From an uncultured cyanobacterium (GTDB lineage: Bacteria; Cyanobacteriota; Cyanobacteriia; Cyanobacteriales; Cyanobacteriaceae): DNA of 64,000 nucleotides. Where the stretch lies: NCBI GenBank assembly GCA_963710605.1, contig CAVQBA010000007.1:96001-160000 (forward strand), in the 5' to 3' direction. Within the stretch, counting starts at the first letter, position 1. Every line of letters begins with the position of its first letter. Below are positions 51,401-62,243 of the stretch, in pieces. A program made the position numbers and the translations under genes. Below the pieces are notes generated by a model. It worked only from the letters and a program-made list of their open reading frames with translations, had not been told where the DNA came from and ran no database searches.

Positions 51401-54400
51401 ATGAATAGCGATCGAATTATTACTAAACTCAAAAATTTAACTGAATTAGACGTTCAAAATAATTGGTATTTTACAGATGAAAATTTAACTAATCCTCCTT
51501 TAGAAATATCATCACAATGGCAAAAAGCAGTAGTTAACGAAAATAAATATTTAGTTTGGGAAAAAGGCGATCGAGTTAGATGGTTTGCTCAAAAAATTAC
51601 TATTCCTGTTAGTTTAAATAAAGATAATTATCCCCTCAAAGATTTATCATTAAGAATAAAATTAACTTGGTGGGCTCAATCTGCTCAAATATTTGTTAAT
51701 GGTAAATTAGTTAATGAAGGCGATCTTTTTGATTCTTCTTGTCGAGTTTTGTTAACCCAAAAAGTAGTCGCTAATCAAGAATTTTTGGTCGCTTTACGTT
51801 TAGTTAGTCCCAGCCACGATATTGGCGGTTTAATGTTTTCTCAGTGTCTTTATGAGAGCGAATACGACAAGTTAGATCCTAGTTTTGTCGCTAACGAAAT
51901 TGCTATTATCGATAAATATATTACTAACTTTCATCCCGAAGAAAAAAGCTTTTTCGATGAGTATCTTCAACAAATTGATTGGCAAGTAATTAGTAATCGA
52001 TCGTTATTTAATCAACAATTAAACCAATTTAGACAAACTATTTTACCTTTAGCAAAATATATCAAACAAAGAAGTTTTAATTTACTAGGTCACGCTCATT
52101 TAGATATGGCTTGGTTATGGACGATTGAAGAAACTTACGATGTAGCTGAACGTACTTTTAATTCTGTTTTAAACTTACAAAAAGATAACGAAAATTTAGT
52201 ATTTGGTCATACAACCGCTTATCTTTATCAATGGATAGAAGAACACAATCCTGACTTATTTAATAAGATTAAAGACGCAATTAGTAAGGGAAAATGGGAA
52301 GTTTTAGGAGGAATGTGGGTTGAGCCTGAAGTTAATTTAATTAGTGGCGAATCGCTGGTAAGACAACTGTTATACGGGCAGAAATACTCTCTCGAAAAAT
52401 TTGGTAAATACGATCGAGTCGCTTGGTTGCCCGATACCTTTGGTTTTCCTTGGCAGTTACCGCAAATTTTACGACAAGCGAACATAGAATACTTTGTCAC
52501 AGGAAAACTACATTGGAATGATACTAATAAATTTCCTCATGGTTGTTTTTGGTGGCAATCTCCCGATGGCAGTCAAATTTTTACCGCTATGTCTCCCCCC
52601 AATGTAGCAGGCGTTATGGACACTCATCCGCTTGTGATGACAGATTATAGCGTAGAGTGGGAAAATCAAACAGGCTTGCAAGATAGCTTCTGGTTGCCCG
52701 GTGTTGGCGATCATGGTGGTGGTCCTACTCGTGATATGTTGGATGTAGCTAAACGTTATCAAGATTCTCCTTTTTTTCCTCAGCTCAACTTCAGCACTGC
52801 TAGTCAATATCTAGATAAAATCAGTCATACTTCTAATCATGATGATTTTCCTGTTTGGGATAACGAACTTTATTTAGAATTACATCGAGGTTGTTATACT
52901 ACTCATGCTGACCAGAAGTATTACAATCGTTACGCCGAAAGATTACTCTATCAAGCTGAGTTATTTGCGACGATCGATTATATCTTAGCTCAGAAATATC
53001 AAGCCGACTTTAAAGCGAATAATGAGACTCAACAACAAATTAAGCATATATGGCAAAAAGTACTGTTGAACCAATTTCATGATATTCTTCCTGGTACATC
53101 GATTCCACCTGTTTTTACTGCCAGTAATCAACTTTGGGGTGAGGTGATTGAAGAAGGAGAAACTATATTGAATAATAGCTTACATTCGATCGCTTCTTAT
53201 ATTGATGTTCCTACCTTACCAGATCTATCAGCACAAGTAATTGTTGTGTTTAATAGTCTTAACTGGAAACGATCGCAAATCGTTGAATTAGAAGTTAATC
53301 CTACTCAATATACTATTTACGATTCACAACATAGTCAATTAATAACACAAGTATCTCACGATGAAAAATTACTATTTTTAGCCGAAGATATTCCTAGTGT
53401 CGGCTACAAATTATTTTATCTGGTTTCTACAAATTCACCTAAAAATATTGACGAAATTAATCAAGAAACTTCTATCTCCGAATCTTCATTTATGATGAAA
53501 AACGATAATTTAAAAATTATTATCGATCGTCAAACAGGAAATTTAACTAATGTTTATGACATAGTAAATCAAAAAGAAATTGTCAAGGGTCAAGCAAATG
53601 AATTACAATTATTTCAAGATTCTGGTCAATATTGGGATGCTTGGAATATCGATCCTAATTATGAACAACATTTGTTAGATACTCCTGAGGTAAAATCGAT
53701 TAAATGGTTAGAAAAAGGAAAACTTAGACAAATAATTAGAGTAGAAAAAATATTTAATAAATCTTCTTTTATTCAAGACTACATTTTAGAAACTAATTCG
53801 CCAATTATCAAAATAAAAAATCAGGTTAATTGGCAAGAAGATTACACCTTATTAAAAGTTAATTTTCCTTGCAAGATTGAAAGTGATTATGTAACCTACG
53901 AAATAGCTTGTGGTAGTATCAAAAGGACAACTAAACCCGTCACAGCCACCGAAAAAGCCCAATGGGAAGTTTATGGACATCAATGGGCAGATTTAGGTAA
54001 TGATGATTATGGTGTTAGTTTAATCACTGATAGTAAGTATGGATATGATAGTAAGCCTAATCAGTTACGGTTGAGTTTATTAAGAAGTCCTAAATGGCCA
54101 GATTCTCAATGCGATCGAGGTCAACATAATTTTACTTATGCTTTATATCCTCATCAAAATAGTTGGCAAAAAGCCCAAACAGTACGTCAAGGTTATCAGT
54201 TAAATACTCCTTTACAAACTATATTTTTATCCTCATTAAATAATCAATTAACTAATTTGTCTTCTACAGAAACTTTTATCGATTTTGGTTCAGATAATTT
54301 AATTTTAATATCTTTTAAACAAGCTGAAGATTGTAGTAATAAGTTTATTCTTCGTGGTTATGAATCTCACCATCAACCAGCATTATTTACTTCAACAAAA

Positions 54401-54517
54401 ATGTTAGATTTATCTATTTTAAAACCTGTTAATTTGTTAGAAGATAGTTTAGATAATCACGATCGTGATTTTAAGACAATTAAACCGAGTAGTATTTTTA
54501 CTTTCTTACTTAGTTAA
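51401..54517 (+). CDS. Alpha-mannosidase, glycoside hydrolase family 38
   Basis: GHAHLDMAWLW, WLPDTFG, GDHGGGP, NQFHDILPG. Confidence 0.93.
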   Translation: MNSDRIITKLKNLTELDVQNNWYFTDENLTNPPLEISSQWQKAVVNENKYLVWEKGDRVRWFAQKITIPVSLNKDNYPLKDLSLRIKLTWWAQSAQIFVNGKLVNEGDLFDSSCRVLLTQKVVANQEFLVALRLVSPSHDIGGLMFSQCLYESEYDKLDPSFVANEIAIIDKYITNFHPEEKSFFDEYLQQIDWQVISNRSLFNQQLNQFRQTILPLAKYIKQRSFNLLGHAHLDMAWLWTIEETYDVAERTFNSVLNLQKDNENLVFGHTTAYLYQWIEEHNPDLFNKIKDAISKGKWEVLGGMWVEPEVNLISGESLVRQLLYGQKYSLEKFGKYDRVAWLPDTFGFPWQLPQILRQANIEYFVTGKLHWNDTNKFPHGCFWWQSPDGSQIFTAMSPPNVAGVMDTHPLVMTDYSVEWENQTGLQDSFWLPGVGDHGGGPTRDMLDVAKRYQDSPFFPQLNFSTASQYLDKISHTSNHDDFPVWDNELYLELHRGCYTTHADQKYYNRYAERLLYQAELFATIDYILAQKYQADFKANNETQQQIKHIWQKVLLNQFHDILPGTSIPPVFTASNQLWGEVIEEGETILNNSLHSIASYIDVPTLPDLSAQVIVVFNSLNWKRSQIVELEVNPTQYTIYDSQHSQLITQVSHDEKLLFLAEDIPSVGYKLFYLVSTNSPKNIDEINQETSISESSFMMKNDNLKIIIDRQTGNLTNVYDIVNQKEIVKGQANELQLFQDSGQYWDAWNIDPNYEQHLLDTPEVKSIKWLEKGKLRQIIRVEKIFNKSSFIQDYILETNSPIIKIKNQVNWQEDYTLLKVNFPCKIESDYVTYEIACGSIKRTTKPVTATEKAQWEVYGHQWADLGNDDYGVSLITDSKYGYDSKPNQLRLSLLRSPKWPDSQCDRGQHNFTYALYPHQNSWQKAQTVRQGYQLNTPLQTIFLSSLNNQLTNLSSTETFIDFGSDNLILISFKQAEDCSNKFILRGYESHHQPALFTSTKMLDLSILKPVNLLEDSLDNHDRDFKTIKPSSIFTFLLS

Positions 54518-54601
54518 TCTGGTTGTATTTACGTTATATAGCAAATTCAAAAATGTTATTTATCTACGACTTTTTATGCTTAATGAGTTTATAGCTGATT
54601 A

Positions 54602-54898
54602 TCACTGAAAACTTTCTGTATTGATTTGTTCAACAGGATTATCTTTAATCAAAGAAGCAAAAACCGTCGTCATAACTACTGTCATCGGTCCAGTTGGTCC
54701 TGAAATTTGAGAAGGTATTCCACCACATAAAGCCGCAAAAAAGCCAACTATAACCGCTCCATAAAGCCCTGTGATAGCTCCTGCACCAGATGAGACACCA
54801 AAGGCTAATGCTAAAGGTAATGCAACGATCGCCGCTGTAATTGCGCCAAACAAATCGCCTCGTAAATTTCGCAAGTGTATTTTATTGATTAATCCCAT
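54602..54898 (-). pseudogene. N-terminal fragment of a SulP/BicA-type anion transporter
   Basis: GDLFGAITAAIVALPLALAFG...QISGPTGPM, ends after 98 aa; no continuation before the mannosidase gene. Confidence 0.8.
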
Positions 54899-55237
54899 AA
54901 AAAATTAAACTTTCCTAAATCACTAATTTATTAATTGACGTGAGTTCAAGGATTAGTAAAATAAGAAAAACTTACGTCTAACTAAGTCTATATCTAAATT
55001 CGATTAATCCTCACAATTTGTTGATAAACATTTATTGACGCTCTTGAATACGATAAAGTATCCTCGCTATTAGTGAAAAATCGTCATAATTGTTGTATTT
55101 CAATCCCAACCGAAAATAAGAACAGAAACTATTTATCTGTAAAGTTTTTGATGAATTATTAGTTAATTATTCTCAATTACTAGTCAACTGTTATATGATC
55201 AAAGTTAAAACGCAATTATTTAAAAAAATAGACAATT

Positions 55238-55360
55238 ATGGATGTAAAAGTAGTTTTATTAATTTTGACTGGTTTGTTTATTGTTTCTGCACTCTATTTC
55301 GGTACCAAAAATGGTTATTATGACTCTGACAACTATGATGGTAATGGTTCAGCTCATTAA
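55238..55360 (+). CDS. ndhP: NDH-1L small subunit NdhP (40 aa, not in the ORF track)
   Basis: MDVKVVLLILTGLFIVSALYFGTKNGYYDSDNYDGNGSAH: one TM and the characteristic FGTKNG.Y....Y.GNGSAH tail. Confidence 0.9.
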   Translation: MDVKVVLLILTGLFIVSALYFGTKNGYYDSDNYDGNGSAH

Positions 55361-55372
55361 TTTCCTTAGCAG

Positions 55373-57037
55373 ATGATGAAACGGCAAGAATTTAATTCTA
55401 TACCTGATGATATTACTATATCGTGTTATCCCTTTAGTGTTGGCAATAATACTGAGGGGGTTGCCGTTTTGCTACAAATTGCTGATTATCGGATTTTGTT
55501 AGATTGTGGTTTAGAAGACATTTCTACTTTATCAGCACCAGATACAACAACAACATCTTCTCTGAATTGGGTTTTTTGTAGTCATGCTCATCATGATCAC
55601 GCTTATGGGTTATTATCTCTTCATCAGAATGCACCTGATTTGCCCATTTATACTAGTGAAGTAACTGCGAAATTATTACATCTAAATTGGTTAGATAACG
55701 ATCGTCTTAATGGTTTATCTTTTGCTCAAATTATACCTTGGCGATCGCCTATTTATCTTCAACCAGATTTGAGTGTCGAATTATATCCTGCTGGGCATTT
55801 ACCCGGTGCGGCTTCTTTTTTGTTTAAATATTATCATCAACAAAGAGTAATCCAAGTTTTTTATACAGGTGATTTTTGCTTATCTAATTTGCAATTAGTT
55901 GAAGGTTTATCTTTAGACAGCTTAAGAGGTTTAAGCCCGGATATATTAATCATTGAAGGTACTTACGGTACAGCTCGGCATCCTCATCGTCGGCAACAAG
56001 AAAAGCATTTAATGGAGAGAATTAAAACTGCTTTAGCTAATGACGTAAACGTTATTTTACCTGTACCGATATTTGGTTTGGGACAAGAATTATTAAAATT
56101 ATTACGATCGCATCACGCTTTTACAGGTACAGATGTTGATATATGGGTAGATGGTAATTTACCGATTGCTTGTGACTTGTATTTAGAATTACTCGGTTAT
56201 TTTCCTGAAAACGTCCAAAATTTTGCTAAACATCAACCACTTTTTTGGGATGAGAAAATCAAACCGAGAATGTATCGAGTTAGTGAACAAATCGATCGAA
56301 ATCAATTGTTAACTCAACCTTCAATAATATTAACCGACAACTTACAACATTTATCTGTCTATTGCCAAGAAAGTGAACAAAAATGGTTAGTTTTGATGCC
56401 TGAGCATTCTAGAATCAGACAAAACAAACAATACCTCGATTTTCAGGAAAATTATGATGCTGAAAATATCATCATTGAAGATTACTTATTAGCTCAACAC
56501 AGCGACGGCAAAAATACAACTCAACTAATTCATAATTTACGTCCTCAACATATCGTTTTTGTTCACGGTTTGGCTAGTTACTTAGCCGATTTGACTAGCT
56601 TAGAAGAATTACAAAATCGTTATCAATTACATTCCCCTGCACAAGGAGTAAAAGTTGATTTACCAGTAAGTACACCTTTTATTCAACCTAAAGTATTACC
56701 AAAAACCAATTACGAAGGAGAATTAAACGAAACAGGAGCATATATTACTATTAGTTTACCCGAACAAATGAATCGAGATCCACGCTGGCAAAATTTTGCG
56801 GATACAGGATTAATTGAGGCAAGATGGCAAGGAGACGAATTAGTTTTAAGAGGTTTATCTCAACGAGAATTATTACAACAAAATAGCTCGTTACGTCGTC
56901 AATTAAATACCGAATCTTGTGGTAATTGTTCTCATTATGATTACCATGACTCTGTTTGTCGCAACCGGGAATCTCCTTTAAAAGGTTTTACTGTGCCTGT
57001 TGATGGCTATTGCCCTTTGTTTGAAAATTTACTCTGA
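55373..57037 (+). CDS. MBL-fold/beta-CASP hydrolase family protein with C-terminal Cys cluster
   Basis: LLDCG, SHAHHDH, AGHLPGA, YTGD, IEGTYG, FVHG. Confidence 0.85.
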   Translation: MMKRQEFNSIPDDITISCYPFSVGNNTEGVAVLLQIADYRILLDCGLEDISTLSAPDTTTTSSLNWVFCSHAHHDHAYGLLSLHQNAPDLPIYTSEVTAKLLHLNWLDNDRLNGLSFAQIIPWRSPIYLQPDLSVELYPAGHLPGAASFLFKYYHQQRVIQVFYTGDFCLSNLQLVEGLSLDSLRGLSPDILIIEGTYGTARHPHRRQQEKHLMERIKTALANDVNVILPVPIFGLGQELLKLLRSHHAFTGTDVDIWVDGNLPIACDLYLELLGYFPENVQNFAKHQPLFWDEKIKPRMYRVSEQIDRNQLLTQPSIILTDNLQHLSVYCQESEQKWLVLMPEHSRIRQNKQYLDFQENYDAENIIIEDYLLAQHSDGKNTTQLIHNLRPQHIVFVHGLASYLADLTSLEELQNRYQLHSPAQGVKVDLPVSTPFIQPKVLPKTNYEGELNETGAYITISLPEQMNRDPRWQNFADTGLIEARWQGDELVLRGLSQRELLQQNSSLRRQLNTESCGNCSHYDYHDSVCRNRESPLKGFTVPVDGYCPLFENLL

Positions 57038-57141
57038 CGATCGATTTTTTTGAATTTGGTACAACTTACAAAGTTAAATGGTTAAAAGACAGATTAAGCA
57101 TAGACTAAATCCCCTGCCCCCTAAATCCCCCAATTCTGGGG

Positions 57142-57305
57142 CAGGGCTGATTCATTCTCGTTAGCCGAAAATAGCTAGAAGCTATTATTACAAAACGATC
57201 TAGCGACTTAGATACACGATTGTTTTACTATTAGAAAAAAATGGCTAAATTTACTGCTATTTTTTAGTTGTAAAAATTACAAAAATAAGACATGAAACAG
57301 CCCTG
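57142..57305. mobile_element. 164-bp MITE with 14-bp TIRs and 12-bp target duplication, inserted in a REP-like hairpin
   Basis: CAGGGCTGATTCAT/ATGAAACAGCCCTG; CCAATTCTGGGG at 57130-57141 and 57306-57317. Confidence 0.9.
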
Positions 57306-57332
57306 CCAATTCTGGGGGAGGATAGTAGTATT

Positions 57333-57474
57333 CGTTTAACCGAGGTTAATTTAAGCGATATTAATTTGAGTGGGGCTGATGAGCGAACAGGCTTCTTTAA
57401 CTAAAGTAAATCTCGATCGAGTTATCATGCCAGACGGAACTATTGTAACCGATGATTGGGCTTTTCCTGATTAG
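57333..57474 (+). pseudogene. Frameshifted C-terminal remnant of a pentapeptide-repeat gene
   Basis: RLTEVNLSDINLSGAD / ASLTKVNLDRVIMPDGT. Confidence 0.55.
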
Positions 57475-57529
57475 ATTTTTATCATATTATATATTAGTTT
57501 CTCTTGATAATATTGGTTACTTTAAATTC

Positions 57530-57880
57530 TTAATTAGCTATATCTACTTCATCAGAAGTATTGTTATTAGAAGGCTGAGATTGTTGCATTTGCATTAATC
57601 TTTGTTGTTGTTGCTTTTTAAAATCGGTAGTAGCATTATCTAATTGTTTATTTGTATCGTCTTTAAATTCGCTTCCGCTACGAATATTACCAAAATTAGC
57701 ATTGTGAATAAAATCCATTGGATCAAATCCACTACTACCTACAAAGGGGTCAACTTCGTTAGATTGAAAAGCAGGAGGTTGGTTTAGGTCATTTTGAGCT
57801 TGAGCTTGTACAGGATTATTCGTTACTGCTACAAAACCCAAAGCAATTAATAAAAAAGAAATATTTTTATAATTCATCAT
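57530..57880 (-). CDS. Secreted hypothetical protein
   Basis: Signal peptide ending VQA; Q-rich tail. Confidence 0.7.
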   Translation of the reverse strand: MMNYKNISFLLIALGFVAVTNNPVQAQAQNDLNQPPAFQSNEVDPFVGSSGFDPMDFIHNANFGNIRSGSEFKDDTNKQLDNATTDFKKQQQQRLMQMQQSQPSNNNTSDEVDIAN

Positions 57881-58105
57881 AGTAGTTAGTTGTTAAAAAA
57901 GAAAAATCTTGATATTAGTTATTTTAAAATAGCAATTATTAGTCAACGATAGCTATTATTATCGTTCATCAATTAATGACGAAATACTCATAATTAGAGT
58001 TTCATCAATAATCTTTATTTTAATTCTATGTTGTTTTAATTATGTAGGGGTTTATGGCATAAACCCTAATATTATATACAAATAATTGCTTGGCTTCTAT
58101 ATTAA

Positions 58106-58158
58106 CCACCGTGCAATGAATTACACGGCTAATAGATGTCGTTTAATAAATTAAACTT
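58106..58158 (+). repeat. 53-bp double-hairpin dispersed repeat, copy 3
   Basis: CCGTGCAAT/ATTACACGG stem plus CGTTTAATAAATTAAACTT. Confidence 0.75.
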
Positions 58159-58245
58159 AGACTTCCCTAAATCTACCCTGGGCTGATTCAAAATTAAAAA
58201 GTAATAATAGCTCTGATTATTCTTTGATTTGTAAAATACGAGTTT

Positions 58246-59642
58246 GTGAACTACCCACACTAAAATTAAAAATTTATAGTGTAGGCTTCATCCTTCACAG
58301 ATTCATGCCTCAAGACAGACTTACGCCCACCTTTTGGTCTTACTGATTCTCCAGATGCAGAAACGGCTGTTCCATCCGTTTGTATTATTCTTATTCCTTC
58401 GGCTCTTATATTTTTTGAAGCATTTTCATCCCTGTCATGGATAGTACCACAACTAGGACAAGTCCACTCTCTTACGTCTAAAGGCATTTCAGACATTTGC
58501 TCTAAGCAGTTGGAACAAGTTTTTGAACTCGGAAACCATCTGTCAACTTCAACTAATAACCCACCTTTAAGTTTGAGTTTATAGTCCAAGAAATTGATCA
58601 AAGTTCCCCATCCAACATCAGATATTGCTTTGGCTAAACAGTGATTACGAACCATACCCTTGATATTTAGTTTTTCGACGCAGATTACTTGATTATTATC
58701 AACAATCTTTCTCGAAAGTTTGTGCACGAAATCGTGACGGGCATTGCTTGTATGTTCGTGTACTTTAGCTACTAACAGTCGTGCTTTTTCTCTTTGTTTA
58801 GAACCTTTTTGCTTACGAGCCAGTTTTTGCTGTTTTCGCCGTAAGTTCCTTTCATGTTTTTTAATCTGTCTAGGATTAGAATACTTGCTTGTTTTAGTAC
58901 CATCATTGACGATAGCAAAATGTTTAATCCCTAAATCAATACCAGCTATCTTACCTGTCACAATAACCTTTGGGAGTTCCTCTTCTGTCTCAAATAGAAG
59001 ACTCGCAAAGTATTTACCTGTTGGTGTTTTACTTACAGTAACCGTTTTAATCTTACCCTCAAAGATACGATGAATAGAGGCTTTAACTAAACCTAATTGT
59101 GGTATTTTCAAACATCCATCAATGATCAAAACACTTTGTGGATACTGACAAGACTGTTTACCATGGTAACTTTTAAACCGTGGGTATTTTGCTCGTTTCT
59201 CAAAGAAGTTTTTAAATGCTTTAGTGAGATTAAGAGTTGCTGACTGTAAGACTTGAGAGTAGCATTCTTTTAACCAAGCTGTCTGTTCATCGCTTTTTAG
59301 TTTGGGCAAATAGGCATTTATAGCTGAACGATTGAGCCCCTTACCTGTTTCTTTATAAGTTTTATTACATAAATCCAGTGCATAATTATACCACCAACGA
59401 CTGCAACCCATTACTTGAGTCAGTTTTTGGGCTTGAGTACTAGTTGGATACAATCTGATTTTGATAGCTCTGTGCATTTATCATTTACTATAAATCATGA
59501 GAAAATAATCTTACCACAAGATTGTAATTTTGGAACTAATGTCTTAATCAGACTTTGCTTTGTTGGTTGAAATTCATCCCATCACTCATTTTATGGGTAT
59601 GTTAATCGAAAAATAGAGTGTGGGACTTCTTTCTCCATTTTG
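58246..59642 (-). mobile_element. IS200/IS605-family element, tnpB only
   Basis: Right end ...GGTAGTTCAC with subterminal hairpin; left hairpin 59577-59624; TTTAA just outside the left end. Confidence 0.8.
58266..59477 (-). CDS. tnpB: TnpB RNA-guided endonuclease
   Basis: RuvC GIDLG / CVEKL / DRDENA; CSNC..CPSC zinc ribbon. Confidence 0.95.
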   Translation of the reverse strand: MHRAIKIRLYPTSTQAQKLTQVMGCSRWWYNYALDLCNKTYKETGKGLNRSAINAYLPKLKSDEQTAWLKECYSQVLQSATLNLTKAFKNFFEKRAKYPRFKSYHGKQSCQYPQSVLIIDGCLKIPQLGLVKASIHRIFEGKIKTVTVSKTPTGKYFASLLFETEEELPKVIVTGKIAGIDLGIKHFAIVNDGTKTSKYSNPRQIKKHERNLRRKQQKLARKQKGSKQREKARLLVAKVHEHTSNARHDFVHKLSRKIVDNNQVICVEKLNIKGMVRNHCLAKAISDVGWGTLINFLDYKLKLKGGLLVEVDRWFPSSKTCSNCLEQMSEMPLDVREWTCPSCGTIHDRDENASKNIRAEGIRIIQTDGTAVSASGESVRPKGGRKSVLRHESVKDEAYTINF

Positions 59643-59809
59643 TTAAATTACTAAGGGTTTAATGTTGTGACATACTCCCAACCCCACTTTTTTGCTCAAT
59701 TTTGCACTGCCTTCATTTCTATCCACTGAAACATGAAAAATTATGCTCCCGTTATTTTTCTTCGTATTTAATCAAAACTCATTACTTATTACTCGTTACT
59801 CGTTACTCA

Positions 59810-61072
59810 TTATTCGTTCATTTGTGTGAAAAAATCGATCGTCTCTTTTAAGGCATCAACAAAAGCGTCTATCTCAGCAAAAGTATTATAAAAGTACAAA
59901 CTAGCTCTAGCACTACCAGAAGCACCTAAATAACGATGTAAAGGTTGAGTACAATGATGTCCAGAACGAATTGCTATACCTTCATGATCTAACAATGTGG
60001 CTAAGTCGCTACTATGAACATCATCAATATTAAAAGCGGCTAAAGCGGCTCTACCTTTTCCTTCAGGAGTTGGTTGTTTACCGTAAATAGTTATATTAGA
60101 AACTTGATTAAGTTTTTTGAATAAATAAGCGGTTAACTCTTCTTCGTAGTCGTGAATATTATCCATGCCTATATTATTAAGATAATCGATCGCCGCACCA
60201 AGTCCGATCGCTTCACCGATGGCGGGTGTACCTGCTTCAAATTTATGGGGTAAATCACCATAAGTAGAATGATCTAAATATACCTCAGCAATCATTTCGC
60301 CACCGCCTAAAAAAGGAGGCATGATTGTTAATATTTCTTCTTTACCATACAAAAAACCAATTCCTGTCGAAGCACACATCTTATGCCCTGAGCCGACTAA
60401 CCAATCACAATCCATTTTTTGAACATCGATCGGCATATGCGGTAAACTTTGGCAAGCATCTATTAATACTTTCGCACCCTGTTGATGTGCTAATTCAATA
60501 ATTTCGTTGACTGGGTTAACACATCCTAAAGTGTTAGAAACATGAACGATCGAAACTAACTTTGTTTTAGCCGATAATAAGGATTGATACTGAGTAAAAT
60601 CAAATTCTTGTTCGGGGGTTAATTCTACGTATTTAATCACAGCCCCTGTTTTTTGAGCAATCATTTGCCAAGGAACAATATTACTATGATGCTCCATTAC
60701 CGATAAAATTATCTCATCATCTGGTTTTAGATTATCCAAACCCCAACTATAAGCGACTAAATTAATTGCTTCACTGGCATTACGAGTATAAACAATTTCA
60801 TTACGACTACGAGCATTAATAAATTGAGCAACTTTATCCCTTGCACCTTCATAAGCAGTGGTAGCCCTACCACTTAAGCTATGCGCACCACGATGAACAT
60901 TTGCATTATCACATTCGTAGTAATGGCGTAGAGTATCAATTACCGCACTTGGTTTTTGAGATGTTGCCGCATTATCTAAATAAACTAAAGGTTTGTCGTG
61001 AATTTTTTGAGACAGAAGAGGAAAATCATCACGAACTCGATCGGCGATTGTTTTACTATGAATAAGAGTCAT
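59810..61072 (-). CDS. sufS: Cysteine desulfurase, SufS family
   Basis: [22 protein letters not shown]. Confidence 0.95.
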   Translation of the reverse strand: MTLIHSKTIADRVRDDFPLLSQKIHDKPLVYLDNAATSQKPSAVIDTLRHYYECDNANVHRGAHSLSGRATTAYEGARDKVAQFINARSRNEIVYTRNASEAINLVAYSWGLDNLKPDDEIILSVMEHHSNIVPWQMIAQKTGAVIKYVELTPEQEFDFTQYQSLLSAKTKLVSIVHVSNTLGCVNPVNEIIELAHQQGAKVLIDACQSLPHMPIDVQKMDCDWLVGSGHKMCASTGIGFLYGKEEILTIMPPFLGGGEMIAEVYLDHSTYGDLPHKFEAGTPAIGEAIGLGAAIDYLNNIGMDNIHDYEEELTAYLFKKLNQVSNITIYGKQPTPEGKGRAALAAFNIDDVHSSDLATLLDHEGIAIRSGHHCTQPLHRYLGASGSARASLYFYNTFAEIDAFVDALKETIDFFTQMNE

Positions 61073-61139
61073 CGGTTAAATAATGAATAATGAATAATTA
61101 ATAATGAAGTCTTAATAGTTTAGTGGTTAAAACACTTAA

Positions 61140-61179
61140 GCTAAGAGCTAAGAGCTAAAAGCTAAAAGCTAAAAGCTAA
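61140..61179. repeat. Heptamer tandem repeat (GCTAARA)x~6
   Basis: Directly visible; similar STRR-type heptamers at 25480-25520, 48178-48202 and 59776-59810. Confidence 0.8.
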
Positions 61180-61268
61180 TCCTAATTATAACAATCGACG
61201 GTGGACAATTTTATGAATTGATAAGTAAATGTTCACCGTCTAATCGATACTAAAATTGAGTTTGATGG

Positions 61269-62243
61269 TTATTTAAAGAAACTATTTTTTTTCTTACTTT
61301 TTTTGCCTTTACTTTTTTCGTAATCAATTTCTCTGATTTTTTTGGTGATACGCTCAAAATATTCTTTGAGATAACTTTCTAGGGTAGTTGTTTTCTCAGC
61401 ATCTAAACCAAATGTTTGATAAACTTCTTCCATCTCACTATCCATTGGTTTACCACTTGCTAAAACTTCGGCAAAAGCTAAACGATCGGATGTATTAACT
61501 GTCCATTTAAACCAACGAGTAAATCCTCGTAAAGAGCGGAGTAAAGGTAAGGGAATACGAGAAATTTTGGCTTTTTTACCTGAGAGTTTTTCACAAAGCT
61601 CAATAATTTGATTTGCTGTCCATGCACGTTTACCCGCTACAGGATAAGTTTTATTGGCTGTTTCAGGAATTTCGATCGCTTTAATGGCAAATTTAGCAAT
61701 ATCTTGAGTATTCATATAAGCAATGGGTGTATTTTCTCCACTTACCCAAACTGCTTGATTATCTAAAATAGGGATACCATATTGCCCAATCAAACCTTGC
61801 ATAAATCCAGCTAGTTTCAAAATGGTATAGTCTAAACCAGATTCAGCTAAAAATGTTTCTGTACATTGTTTGATATTCATCAAAGGCACATTATTAAAAT
61901 CTTCAGCATTCATAATCGAAAAGAAAACATATCTTTTAATATTCGCTTTAGCCGCCGCTTGAATTAAATTAACCTTTCCTTCCCAATCTATTTCTTTGAT
62001 ACTTAATGAATCAGTTGCCCTCGCTGTTGCCGCATCTATAACCACATCAACACCTTCTAAGGCTTCATCTAACGTGCTAGGATTACAAATATCACCTTTA
62101 ACTAATTCTGCTCCCCATTCTTTTAAAAACGAAGCTCTACCTTGGTTTCTCACTAAACAACGAACTGTGTATTCTTTGTCGATTCCGTGACGAACAATTT
62201 GTCTTCCTAATGTTCCTGTACCACCAACTACTAATATTTTCAT
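61269..62243 (-). CDS. ycf39: Ycf39-like NmrA/atypical SDR protein
   Basis: GGTGTLGRQ, FLKEWGAEL, DRLAFAEV. Confidence 0.88.
   Translation of the reverse strand: MKILVVGGTGTLGRQIVRHGIDKEYTVRCLVRNQGRASFLKEWGAELVKGDICNPSTLDEALEGVDVVIDAATARATDSLSIKEIDWEGKVNLIQAAAKANIKRYVFFSIMNAEDFNNVPLMNIKQCTETFLAESGLDYTILKLAGFMQGLIGQYGIPILDNQAVWVSGENTPIAYMNTQDIAKFAIKAIEIPETANKTYPVAGKRAWTANQIIELCEKLSGKKAKISRIPLPLLRSLRGFTRWFKWTVNTSDRLAFAEVLASGKPMDSEMEEVYQTFGLDAEKTTTLESYLKEYFERITKKIREIDYEKSKGKKSKKKNSFFK

Noticed and set aside
1544-62190. Short ORFs overlapping long genes (e.g. 1544, 2826, 3460, 5077, 14638, 20663, 24696, 35494, 39312, 43315, 43958, 50897, 52228, 58744, 61996)
   Set aside because: Antisense or alternate-frame shadows of well-supported genes, with no motifs
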